Made by a program: the position numbers and the translations under genes. A stretch of 64,000 nucleotides of DNA from Podarcis bocagei (taxonomy: Eukaryota), in NCBI GenBank assembly GCA_964188305.1, contig OZ076885.1; one strand, written 5' to 3'. Below, one piece after another: positions 36,616 through 48,325 of the stretch (position 1 is the stretch's first letter; each line of letters starts with the position of its first letter). The notes under the pieces were generated by a model. That model was given only the letters and a program-made list of their open reading frames with translations. It made no database searches and was not told the origin of the DNA.

Positions 36616-38432
36616 CCCAGTGGGGAAGAGTCAGTAAAGGGGTGTTATCTGCTTAGGGCAGTGAATGACTGAGAGCATCACCACAGTGGTTGGGAAGGAA
36701 GAGACAAATGAGAAATGAACTGAAAAATGGCTCCTTGTCACCTTCCAGCCTTGCAAAATAATGGCACAAAGGGAAACAAATGCTATTCTCTTTTTGTAAG
36801 TGCTTCCCTGGGTTGAGTTGCTTTTTTATTTCTGGCATTGACAACTGCGTGGCACACAGAAATTCAACAGGTAAAGCTTTTCCTGACATAAAGGAAGTGA
36901 TGGGAAATGGTTTGTTTGCACCAGCTGAATTCCTTTATGACATGTTTCCAGACTATGAACCTGCCTGCTCTTTAAGTTCTGCATTTCAGGCTCTACTCCT
37001 AGATGTCATTTTCAAAGCTGAGGTGGGTAACTGGGATTTAGGGACTCTTCAGTGATGTCCCAGTTGTGAAATAGCCCCACTTTAGTGCATTACACTAATG
37101 CATAGGGGAAGTTCCCAGTGTGTGAATTAGTGATCAAGTTATCCCTATCCAGGAAAGGACATAGTGTAGCGCAATTGTAGTTGATGGTAGGCATTCTTCT
37201 TTCCCATTATCTGTGATTTCCTTTTTCTGCTTTAAATTGTTTTAATTTACAATTTTACCTTCATAAGTCACAGTATAAAATGATTAAATTAATGATTTTA
37301 ACTTTTTGACAGGTGAAAATTTTATTATTTAGAGCTCTGAATGAAAACCCTATTGTTTCCTTGTTTTCCCCTCAAATTTATTTTGTTTTAATTGTAATGT
37401 CAAGAGTTGAATTTAAGAATGTTTTTGAATATAAAATGCTAGCTGTTAAATGTATAAAGAGGAGCTCTGTCACAATAAAAAAAAAAATGTGGAAAATCAT
37501 ATTCCTGGGGATTTCAAACATATAGAAAACAGGCATCAGTGGGAAGAAAGAGGGGCTGTATAAAATAAAATCCTCAGTAAACATCCCTTTAAAGCAAACA
37601 AATAAGAGTTTTATCCTACCTTAAAGCTAATAAACTTACTTTAGCATAATCTACTTTGAACCAATTTCACAATACTATGCATGTTTACTTAAAAGCACGC
37701 CCAACTGAATTCAATGGGGCTTACTTTCAAGTAAGAGTGCATGACTAGGGAGTAAGTTTTGCACAAAACACAGCAAGTCTGATATGAACAGGTTTACACT
37801 GTAATTCATCAGCCTTAATGGTATTTTCTGTAGTATGGCTGTCCCTCAAAAAAATTTAATTTTAAGCATGTTACAGATTCTCCTACTGTATTTCTTTGAG
37901 CAGAAGTAACTTTGTCAACCACTTGAAAAACTGTTACTAGACAACAGCACGTTGCCATCTGAAAGAAAAGCTGGGAGGGGGCTGTACAGTATATCTTTCT
38001 TCTCTTCCCCCACCCAGCCAGGAGGATGAAATAAGGTATTGCTCTGGAAATAAAAGATTCCAGTTTTGAAATACACAGAGAACTGAGTACTGAATTTTGG
38101 GCTCTGGGGGCATTAGTGTGTGGTTTCTCTCTCTACATATAGGATGTGGAATACTTATAAATATACTCCAATATTACAGACCACCAGTAAAACATCCAGT
38201 GTCTGGCACTTTAATTACAGTATATACCTTTAGGCAGCAGGCACAGAGCATTCTTCAACCAGCCTTTGCTGATTCACATTCAATTAAATGTGTAGTAGGA
38301 GGGGAGATTTTTTGGTTTGCCTCTGTTCCTATTTTTATTGTGCATTTTGCCTTTTTTATATTGTATTTTTATGTTGTACCACCCTTCATCTGTAGATCTC
38401 AGGACGGTATACAAATTTAATTGACAGCAATA

Positions 38433-38658
38433 CAGTGGTACCTCAAGTTAAGTACTTAATTCATTCCGGAGGTCCGTACTTAACCTGAAACTGTTCTTAA
38501 CCTGAAGCACCACTTTAGCTAATGGGGCCTCCCACTGCTGCTGCGCCGCCAGAGCACGATTTCTGTTCTCATCCTGAAGCAAAGTTCTTAACCCAAGGTA
38601 ATATTTCTGGGTTAGTGGAGCCTGTAACCTGAAGCGTATGTAACCCGAGGTACCACTG
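38433..38658 (-). mobile_element. Tigger-like MITE family A
   Basis: TA|CAGTGGTACCTC...GAGGTACCACTG|TA. Confidence 0.9.
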
Positions 38659-38834
38659 TAGTAATAATACCAAAGGAAACTTAAGTCAGGTAAGTGCTTC
38701 TCACCACTCAGACCGTAGGATGCGCCCAACAACTTCAACATCACCCTCCTATACCAACCATGATTTGCACCCGGATCCTAGTGCATATTTACTCCGAAGG
38801 CAACCCACGGGGAGAAAGAATACAAGGGCCCTCG

Positions 38835-38945
38835 AGATGAGGCCAATGGCTCACCTAGTCCAGCGTCCTGGTCTCACAGTGGCCAACTAGATGCCTGTGG
38901 GAAACCCGCAAGCGGGACCCGAGCACAAGAGCAACTGGCATTCCG
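38835..38945 (-). mobile_element. CR1 3'-end fragment (others at about 19455-19580 minus, 25650-25795 plus, 40345-40410 plus)
   Basis: aggccaatggctcacctagtccagcgtcctg...cacagtggccaa is the reverse complement of the CR1 tail at 45400-45480. Confidence 0.65.
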
Positions 38946-38989
38946 AAGTAAACCCCACAGCAGTTTACTCTCGTGTAACGATGCTGCAG

Positions 38990-39135
38990 AACCGCAGTTA
39001 AATGCCAAAGCAGCTGCTTTGCATGCAGAATGTCCCACGCTCCACCCCCAGTCTCAGGGTTGGCAGGCGCTCCCTGCCTGAAATCCCGGAGAGCAGCTAC
39101 CAGCCAGAGCAGGCAATACTGAACTGGACGGGCTG
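38990..39135 (-). mobile_element. Old tRNA-Ala-like SINE (others at about 20780-20900 minus, 50230-50432 minus, 57680-57815 plus)
   Basis: Head of the form gtagctcagtggtagagca...ttgcatgcagaagg, shared among the copies. Confidence 0.6.
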
Positions 39136-39149
39136 ATGCTTCGGCGTCT

Positions 39150-39780
39150 CCCGGAGCGCCGCGTGAAAGGCGGGAAAAACGCCCTCCCTGCGCGCGCCCT
39201 TCTCCCAACCCCCGCGGCCACCATTCCTGCCCCGCGCACCTCAGGCTCACCTGCGCGATCCGTAAAGCGGGCGGACCCGCAACCTCCCGCTCGCACGTCC
39301 ACTCCAAAATAACCGCCCGAGCATTCAAAACTCCAGCATCCGCTTGCGTCACAAAGGCGGCTAAGGACGCGAGGAGGAAGCCCCGCCCCGCCCCGCCCCT
39401 GGTCCTTCCGATCGCTTGGTCGGACGCTCGGCTGCTCTTGCCTAAATTAAGCAGAATTCCCGGATCTCCGAGGGACATCTGTTAATCGGACGCTAGGCTG
39501 CTGCTGTCTTGGTGCTCCTCTTCTCACTCATTCTGTCTCTTAGCTGTCGTAGGAGGGAGGTGCTTGCAGTGCCTTCGCTCCTCTTCACCTCCCGCGGTCC
39601 GAAGCCTTCGGGGCGACGCGGGGTCGTAGCGGCGAAGCCTCTCGCTCGCGGGAAAAGCGGCCGCGGCGGGGGACTGGCTTCAGTTTGAGCCTGGCTTGCT
39701 CGCCGGGGACGTGCATTTTCGCTCCCAGTTACCGAAGCACAGCCGGGGAAGGTTGCGCGGGGCTGGCGGGGAGCGGAATA
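39150..39780 (-). promoter_or_regulatory. CpG-island promoter of G2E3 with GC boxes, a CHR element and E2F-like sites
   Basis: CpG-rich. (CCCCG)3 at 39381-39399; TTTGAA on the minus strand at 39324-39329; GCGGGAAA at 39170 and 39648. Confidence 0.85.
39251..39340 (-). other. G2E3: G2E3 non-coding exon 1 (5' end approximate)
   Basis: Strong donor GCAG|gtgagc at 39251/39250 inside the CpG island. Confidence 0.75.
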
Positions 39781-39995
39781 CAGTGGTACCTCGGGTTACA
39801 TACGCTTCAGGTTACAGACTCCGTTAACCCAGAAATAGTGCTTCAGCTTAAGAACTTTGCTTCAGGATGGGAATAGAAATCGCGCGGCGGAAGCGGGAGG
39901 CCCCATTAGCTAAAGTGGTGCTTCAGGTTAAGAACAGTTTCAGGTTAAGAACGGACCTCCGGAACAAATTAAGTACTTAACCGGAGGTACCACTG
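39781..39995 (+). mobile_element. Tigger-like MITE family A
   Basis: TIRs and TA TSD. Confidence 0.9.
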
Positions 39996-41310
39996 TATCA
40001 GCCACCGAAACGGGACTGGGCGCCTCGCTCCGCTGTACTTCGGTTCCTGCTAGTAAAACCCCATTGCTTTTTCCTAAGTAGATGGGTGCAGGATCGAGCC
40101 CAGGGGATGTACTCTCTGGGGGAGCAATTGCGGGGAGGATCGCAACAGAGGGGCAGGGTGCACACATTTTACAGCTTGTCAGTTTACGCCCCAAGCTTTG
40201 CAGCATAAACAAGAGCTGACACACACGCGCGCACCCCATTACTGACAAATAAACTCCAGTGTGTTGGCTTCCTATAAGGCAAGCTGAATTATGAAGTCTT
40301 AACTCAATTAAAAGGGTAATGCTTCCAACCCTTCATGTTGGCTACTGTGTGAATAGGATGCTGGGCTAGATGGGTCATTGACCCGGTCCAGCAGCAGGCT
40401 CTTTTCCCGTTATATTAAAGCTGTATATGTCGTAAATTAAATATTGATTCCCTGAGGTGTGCTGTTCCCATGTGCTGTTTTCTAAAAATGGGGTGTGATT
40501 TGTGAGAACACTACTGTTTCATTTTAAAATCTCGGAAACTGATTGTGAGAGGTAGGGTGAAAATTCAGTGCACAGTAATTTAACTCGATAGTGTTATAGA
40601 ATTGTAGAACTGGAAGGGACTGTGCAATGCAGGAATCTCAACTTTGTAATTTTTTATTTCTCCCCAACCCATTTTGACTGAGTTGCCCCAGTCACTCTGG
40701 GCGGCTAAAGCATCCTACACCTGTTTGCTCCAGGGATACTATTTTCCAGAGATTTGCTCCTTTAATGATATCTTCATTTGCAAAGCAATTCGTTAGCACC
40801 CCTACTGAGGCAATAAAAGGATTTTCTTTTTGTCTTTCTAATGAACTGTAAATACTCTGCCTCTATTTCTCTACCACATATAAACTCCTCATAGTTTACT
40901 TTGTGTTTTTTGTGTGTTTTTCTGGCCACTATAGCAGTTGTGACCCCTCACCTCCCGAATCTCTTCCATTTTTTCTTCTGCATCTAAGAGCATTAGGCCC
41001 ATGCAGCTATTGGTGCACTTCCAATCTGGCCATGGTTAGCTGATCACTAGTGTTACAGCTGCACCGAGCCTTGTTAGGTTGACTGGAAACATGATGCATA
41101 ACTAGACATTCAGGAAATGTGCTACCACATTGTTGTTTGATATATTCATAACAGCTGCACACTGTGTTGTCAAGAGTTCCTTCTTGACACAACAGATACT
41201 ACAAGATAATCTAATTCGTCTCCAAAATAGCAAGCACAACGTTCAGATAAAATGCTACCTGTGCAGCTTTGCCCAAAACATTTAAATATATGTTTGTACA
41301 GAGAACCATA

Positions 41311-41552
41311 CAGTGCTACCTCGGGTTACAGACGCTTCAGGTTAAAGACGCTTCAGGTTACATACTCTTCTAACCCAGAAATAGTACCTCGGGTTAAGAA
41401 CTTTGCTTCAGGATGAGAACAGAAATCGTGCAGCGGCGGCACAGCAGCAGCGGCAGGCGCCATTAGCTAAAGTGGTACCTCAGGTTAAGAACAGTTTCAG
41501 GTTAAGAACAGACCTCCAGAATGAATTAAGTTCTCAACCCGAGGTACCACTG
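41311..41552 (+). mobile_element. Tigger-like MITE family A
   Basis: TIRs and TA TSD. Confidence 0.9.
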
Positions 41553-42661
41553 TAGATTGTTTTCCAGTGAATCTAATGGGGCTTACTTTCAAATAAGTGG
41601 GCAAGGAAAGCCTTGTAGCCTTAATTACAAAATTAAAAGATAATTCCTGGTATGTAATACTTTAGACAGGAGATCAATATTAAACTGGCTGATCTAATAG
41701 TTCAGTGGTAATTAAGTTTCACATATTCAAACTTCCAACTTAGCACTTCTTAGGTGTATCACTTTGATGTTTGCCATAAAATATAACTTTTTTAAAATAC
41801 AGCCCTCTTCTATTATATTCTTACATCCTTGTGTGAGTGTTTTGATCCAGAAATAACCTCTGGCTGTGCTGGGTGCCTTTTAAATTCAAACATGCCACCT
41901 TCTTAGCAGCAGGAATTTTTTCACAAAACAGCAATTTCAGGTCTCTTGTTACAGGGTTGCTTGGATAATAAGTAGCTACGTGAGCAGCAGTGCCTGGGAA
42001 TGATATTTCCCCTGCTGTGTGACCATGCGGCTTCACTGGGGAGAGCTCAGATGTTGCCTGTACGTTTTGCGTTACTTTGCTCTAATGTGGGTCACAAGTA
42101 TAATGTGTTTATACGAATGCAAGATCATTCTGCCACATTCCTTGGTCTTTGAAGCACGGCACAGGCTCAATTGCTCTTCATTTCCCTCTTCCTTGTTTCA
42201 CACTTTTAATGGTTCGTCTTTTCAGATGCATTTGAATGTGAGTTTCAGATTGAACAGAAGCCCAATTAAATGTGAGTCAACTGAACACAGGTAGGATTTG
42301 GCTTGGTGCGGCATCCAACCGATACAATTTTTGTTTCTTGCACCTGTGCTTTGAAACTAGTCATTCAGGTTTAGCTGCAAACTAAAAGATATTTGGGCTG
42401 AGGGGACAGTCTAATTTTAGGTATGCAAAATTGTGATAATGATTAATATAATTTCCAGTTGTTTCATTCATTCATTCATCAGATGAGTCACAAGATTCCC
42501 ATTGTTAACTACAGTGTAGAGATGAATGCTAGCAAATGTCCCATATCTCCTCAACTTCCAGCCAACCAACCATGAGACTCAGCTTAAAAATATGGCTGCC
42601 AGACTTCCTTGGCATCTGCAGCACTGCATCTCACCTAGGTGATGTTGGCCGTGACTGCTAA

Positions 42662-42908
42662 TGTTATGTACTGAAGTTCTCACCCTGGGCCAGCAGGGGG
42701 ATACTATAGATAGTTATGCAAATAAGGGATCGAAAGTGACGTTCAGTGATTGGATAGTTTTAGAAAATTGTTACAGTTACGTTGTACTGGAGCTCTATAT
42801 AAGGAGGCTGGCTGAGCCCTTCAGTTCAGTTCTGTTCTGGCCTGTGAATAAGCAGGAGCTGTTTGAAGAATCGCTGTGTTGTCTGATATGTTCACCCACA
42901 ACTTAACA
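42662..42908 (+). mobile_element. Solo LTR (247 bp)
   Basis: TGTTA...TAACA termini; perfect 5-bp TSD GCTAA; TATATAA at 42796. Confidence 0.88.
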
Positions 42909-44036
42909 GCTAAGATGTGACCATTAATTGCCAGATTTCATTTTGAGAGACAGCAAGCACAGTTTGTCTTACTACAGATCCCTTCGGATATCCTTTCCAG
43001 CCCCATTAACCACTTTTCTAAAACCAGCTTTACAGTGTTATAGCACTATAAGTCTTTTGTTTTTAAGTTATATTTCACTATTTTAATATTTTGAAAATGT
43101 AGCTGAAAAAGCATTCCTGTACTAATTCAAAGATTAAAACGTTAGAAAAGCATGGGATGACAAAACTGCTCCCATTGCAAAGTTATAGTGAATGTGTGCT
43201 TAGTTTTAAACAGCCATTCAGGTAAATTGAACCTCCCCCACTATGGCAACTACGTTATTCCCACTGGTTTTAGTATATTGGATGTAACTGGATATACATA
43301 CAGAAAAGGATAGAACTCCCAGTAGTCAATTGCAATTCCACTTGATGGGTCATGATTTGGTAGCCCTAGCAGTCACTTATCTGGAAGTAGTAGCCTAGTA
43401 GCTAGGAAGCGTTTGTGTATATTCTTTATCCTGTTTTTCCTTTCCCCCACTTAGGATTCTCATTTTAAATATCAAATAATACATGGCAGTCAGAGGTGTC
43501 GATACTCGGTTCCAGTTCATTGGTAAGAGCTATCACAAGTCTTTGATGACGGCCATTGACAAATAGTCCCTGCTACTAACAGGTTAAATTGCTCCAACCC
43601 TGTCAACTTCCAGTTTCAACCTCATGCACCTGCTTTTCTCCTCCAATCAAAACTTACAGGAGAAAGAGTCATAAAATTTGTCCATTGCATGTGTTTCGGT
43701 AAAGATGAGATCTTATCTGTGCACAAGAAAGAGCAAAGTATATGTGATAGCTTTCTTTCCTCTTGTCATTGCCTTGGGACTTGCAGTTTAGATAAGAAGG
43801 GCTTGTGATTTCACAAAGTCAGAGGATACACATTCGTCTTGAGGCTTTACATTATGAGTTGTATTCAGCTAATTTTTACTTATAGTGTACACTTTGACAT
43901 AAATTGACCCAAGTTCATTGCCATTAATTTCACTGAGTCTACTTGAGTAGTAGTTTCCTGCAACTCTGTTGTTTTACTCTCTGTCCGTTCTCACAATTGT
44001 CATGTTCTTATTCCCCACTGAGGCCTGGCCTAGTTA

Positions 44037-44265
44037 CCGTATTTTTCCATGTATAGGAAGACCTTTTCTAATGAATTTTTTTTAGTGATAAATTGAGGGT
44101 CGTCTTATACACAGGCTAATACGGTGTCAGAGCAGGGGATCGTTGGAAAACAGCTCAACAGCTCAGCAAACTTCAACAACAGGTTTTTTGGGTGTGTTTT
44201 TTTTGCAATTTCCCAAAAATAGGGGACATTATACATGGGGTCATGCTATACATTGTAAAATATGG
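44037..44265. mobile_element. Tc2/pogo-like MITE, degraded
   Basis: TA|CCGTATTTTTCCATGTATA...TATACATTGTAAAATATGG|TA. Confidence 0.65.
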
Positions 44266-44865
44266 TACATTATAGAACACTCCCCTTATTTCAGTATTTT
44301 TGCCAGCACAGAGTTTCACAGAGACTTTGGTAATGGGACCACTCTGATGGCACATATGGTTTGATGCAAGGAGTTCACCTTCTTCTTCTTCTTCCTCCTC
44401 CTCCTCCTTCTTCTTCTCTGCCCTGAGGTTCTTCCACCATGTTCTGTGTGTGTGCATGGATCCTTAGCTTGTGACTACACCAAAGCCATTTCATACAAGT
44501 AGTCCATCCTTGTTTTGAAGTGTTTTGAAATGAGGTATTAAAACTTCACTTTTGTAGGAACGTCTATTCTACTCTCCAGTTATTTTATATAACACATAAA
44601 TCCTTATATCCGCATATGGACCAGGGTATACTATAACAGGAAACTGTTTTCTCAGAGCACCTATTCGCACATGATAATATCCCTACCTCCATCTTAATGC
44701 CATTTGTGACAGATTCGTGAATATGTTGCAGCATGAGTGAAAATAGACGTGTGTGTTCATTACAGTTGACAGTGTACATATGGACACATATGATTTTCTA
44801 CTTGGAAGAAGTGATACTGATGGTTGCTTTACCCCTCCATAAAGCAGCTTTGTAGAATAACAAGT

Positions 44866-44883
44866 CACCACTAGATGGCATCA
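44866..44883 (+). promoter_or_regulatory. Candidate CTCF site
   Basis: CCACTAGATGGCA matches the core CCASYAGRKGGC. Confidence 0.55.
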
Positions 44884-44980
44884 AAGAATTTCTTAGTTAT
44901 CCACGGCAGAAGAGACACCAAGAAAATCATGAATTACAAAATGATTTGTTTCAGTAAAATAAGTGATCTATACTGATAAG

Positions 44981-45129
44981 CAGTGCTTTTTATGGGGGGG
45001 GGTACGCAGGGGTACGCATACCCCTAAACATTTTGTGAATCTAAGTTTGGCTTCATTGAGGGGCAGTATTTCAATATGAGTAGGAAAATGAAAATACCCC
45101 TAAACATATTTTTTTTAAAAAAAGCACTG
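44981..45129. mobile_element. hAT-type MITE
   Basis: CAGTGCTTTTT...AAAAAGCACTG; perfect TSD CTGATAAG; same family as 53049. Confidence 0.88.
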
Positions 45130-45199
45130 CTGATAAGTGAAATGTGATAATTTAAGTGAAGGTATAAGGATTCATCTGCCGAATTCCATTGAACTCTGG

Positions 45200-45480
45200 A
45201 ATACAGATGCCACCAACTTGAACAACTATAAAAGAGAATTAGACAAATCAATGGAGGGGAAGGCCGTCAGTGTCTACTTGCCATAATGGTTTTGCTTTAC
45301 ATCCACTGTCAGAGGCAGTTTGCCCCTGAATACCAGTTGCTGGGAATCAGAAGAGGGTAGAATGCTGTTGTGACACACTCTGCTTGTGGGCTTCTCATAG
45401 TTGCCTGGTTGGCCAGAGCGAGAATTAAACGCTGGACTAGATGAGCCATTGGCCTGATCCAGCAGGACTCGTCTTAGGCT
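45200..45480 (+). mobile_element. CR1 LINE 3' end
   Basis: YKRELDKSME-like ORF2 end, then gctggactagatgagccattggcctgatccagcagg. Confidence 0.7.
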
Positions 45481-45918
45481 CCAAGCCATGATTTAAGGAT
45501 GAACGTATGGAGAGCAGATAGCCTGCTGTTGTGACCTTCCTCTTGCACTGAGCCTTAAAAGACAGTAAATACCTTCCATGCAAGAAGAAGGAGGAGGAAA
45601 AAAGAGAGAGAGGCTTTTTTGGCCCACAGTCAGACTCAGACTTCAGGCTTTTTGAGAGGTGGGCTTAATTTCTGCTTTTTCTTTAGTCCCTAGATAAACC
45701 TCCCTTTCTGCTAACAAATATAGAATGCAACTGTCTCGGAAGCAATCCTTATTATGCTTGATTAGACTTACTCGCAGGTCGGTGTGCATAGGATTATAAA
45801 CCTTTGTGTTTAAAAAAAACATTCCTTGCTTTGCTTGCTCAAGCCTGCTCCTACTTTGATCCCTGGCCCTGCAAACGTCGTTCCTATCATTCCCACTACT
45901 TGCTTCTCGCCCTGCATC

Positions 45919-46291
45919 CAGTGGCGTAGCTAGCTGTTTGAGTGCCCGGTGTGGGGCCATGCCCTGCAGCCAGGGGCAGGGTGATCCACCCATGGGGGCG
46001 AGATGATCCGCCCATGGGGGCGGGACAAGCCTCTCTGACGCTTGGAGCCGCCTCCCCCTCAGCTGTAGGGCAGCTGAGGGAGAGGCAGTACGCAGACGCA
46101 AGTCCCACACTGCTGTTTCAGGTAGCACGGAACCTGCAGGCGCCTAAGCCACCACGTCACTCCTAAAAAGTTTCGTGAGCCCAATTTTTTATTTATTATT
46201 TATTTTAAACTCATTTTGTCACCCACCACTCAGTAATGACACCTGAGGTGGACTGCACCCTCCCCTCCACACACCCCTTGCTCCGCCACTG
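45919..46291. mobile_element. Non-autonomous hAT (Tip100-like) element
   Basis: CAGTGGCGTAGC...GCTCCGCCACTG; TSD CCTGCATC/CCTGCATT. Confidence 0.82.
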
Positions 46292-46367
46292 CCTGCATTT
46301 GCCTCAATTGCCTGGGTTGCCTTTCTGGAATTGACATTACTATCATCATCATCATCATCATCATCGT

Positions 46368-48085
46368 ATTTTAATAGGTATAGAACAGGAAAAGCAACAT
46401 CCCAGTTACAAACAAGAAAGGGACCATAACAAGGGATGAGAAAGCAAACATAGTTTTAGGCATGTATGGCATACAAAAGTCATAATGGACAAATGTAAAA
46501 GTTCGGTTACAAAAGAAGATCATCAGGATTAAACTCAAGAAAAAGACAGCACCAAAACATTGCATGATCCAGTCAAGTATATTTCCACATATGCCAAGCT
46601 TGTGATGACAGTTGTCTAGAAAATAGTGTTATCAGCTTATAGAGTGCCCGGGCTCCCCTTCTCATTCCTGGGTGCCAAACTCTGGATTTAGCATGTTAAA
46701 ATGCAAGCCAGGAGCCAGCTTTGTATTGTGCTGCTAAAGATGGGCCATTAGCAGGGAACAAGGGCAGGCAGATGGGTTACCAGCAGAGCAAAGACTCTGC
46801 GCCAGCAAATGGTTGCAGCCCTTCCCTGAGCTCTGGGTATTTAGCAGAACACAATACTAGAGTACTGAGGAGGGAGATTCAGGATTGCAGTTGAGGATGA
46901 TGCAAACTGGAGGGGAACAGCTACAGCTTGCAAGCTGCGGCAAGTTGGAGAGTAGGTGGTCAGAGAACAATGTGGGCTGACAATTTTATTTGGACACTGG
47001 AGCAATGGGAGAAACAATGGGAGTGCAATGCTTTGAACCCCTCCGTCATAAGTTCAGGTTGTATATATGTGTAAATAAACCATATGTCATAAAGATACCA
47101 CAGTCTCCACTGTGCCTCATTTCCAAAGGAAACACAAATCCTGGACCCCTGGAATCTCGCATCATTGGGAGATTGGGATAGTGTGTAACAATATATTGTT
47201 TGCTGTAAAATAAATAAAGGAATGTTATATAATTTAAAAGTGATTCTTGTCCTTGTCTAAATTTTAAATGATGTATGCTTTTTTCTGTAATTGCCATGTT
47301 CCATAAAGAATGATACCACCTGTCCAGCATGAGATCTTGAGCTGTTATCAATTGAGTTGTAAGAACAAGACGGGCTGCTACAATCATATAAACCATTATT
47401 TCCTTTGATAATATGTTAGCTTTCTCCCCATCAAAAATATTTAACAGCATCTGTTTAGGCCAACGTATAATCTGTTCCTTAGTAATATTAATCATTTCTG
47501 TGTGAACCAACTTCCGGAACTTTTTAACAATGGTACAATCACCATTGGTAGTGGCATGTGCCATTGTGCCACGTTGCCTGAAGCCTCTCCAACATAATGG
47601 TGGTATTGATGAGAACATTTGAGATAGTTGCCTTGGCATGCAATACCACCTGTGGAGTAATTTGAGTGTGTTTTCTTGAAAAAAGCTGGATACTGATTTC
47701 AATGGGCAAGTTTCCCAAAATTTGTTCAAGTCATTAACCTGCATTGTTTTTACCAATGTCTGATTCCCATACTTTCATAAGTGTTCCCATGGAGCCAAAA
47801 GTTACAGTTAATAAAATAGCTTTTTTTTAGATCAGAACTTTTTCACCTCTTCTCATTTTGGTCACTAGGTTCTCAGTTTAGGTTAATGGCCTCAGGGCTT
47901 CCCTTTTCATATAGTATTTTGTAATGAAGCTGAAAATTTGATTGGAAAATATCCAGATTGTGTGGAAGCTGTCTGACCTCTTTTTGAGTCTTGCATATTA
48001 TTCTGTTTTTGGTGATATGCACCAATGGACAACCTGAGTGCATTTGATTCCATTTCCCTTTTCACATTCAGCCGGCTGAAATTCT
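46368..48085 (-). mobile_element. L1/Tx1-clade LINE 3' fragment, interrupted by a solo LTR
   Basis: KLLHRWYCMP..L..M...PLCWRG..QRGTMAH...C..VKKF resembles the L1 ORF2 C-terminal zinc-knuckle region; AT-rich 3' UTR at 46368-46626. Confidence 0.8.
46627..47190 (+). mobile_element. Solo LTR (about 564 bp) inserted in the L1 fragment
   Basis: TGTTA...TAACA termini; 4-bp TSD ATAG/ATAT; AATAAA at 47074. Confidence 0.72.
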
Positions 48086-48089
48086 TGTA

Positions 48090-48325
48090 CAGAGGTACCG
48101 CGGGTTACATACGCTTTAGGTTACATACACTTCAGGTTACACACTCTGCTAACCCAGAAATAGTGCTCCAGGTTAAGAACTTTGCTTCAGGATAAGAACA
48201 GAAATCGGGCTCCGGTGGCGTGGCGGCAGCAGGAGGCCCCATTAGCTAAAGTGGTGCTTCAGGTGAAGAACAGTTTCAGGTTAAGAACGGACCTCCGGAA
48301 CGATTTAAGTACTGAGGTACCACTG
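48090..48325 (+). mobile_element. Tigger-like MITE family A
   Basis: TIRs and TA TSD. Confidence 0.9.

Noticed and set aside
38855-39478. 207-aa ORF over the G2E3 promoter
   Set aside because: GC-rich chance frame that crosses the exon 1 donor and SINE/CR1 remnants.
47046-47756. 236-aa ORF as a host gene
   Set aside because: Decayed L1 ORF2 end running into an antisense solo LTR; chimeric.
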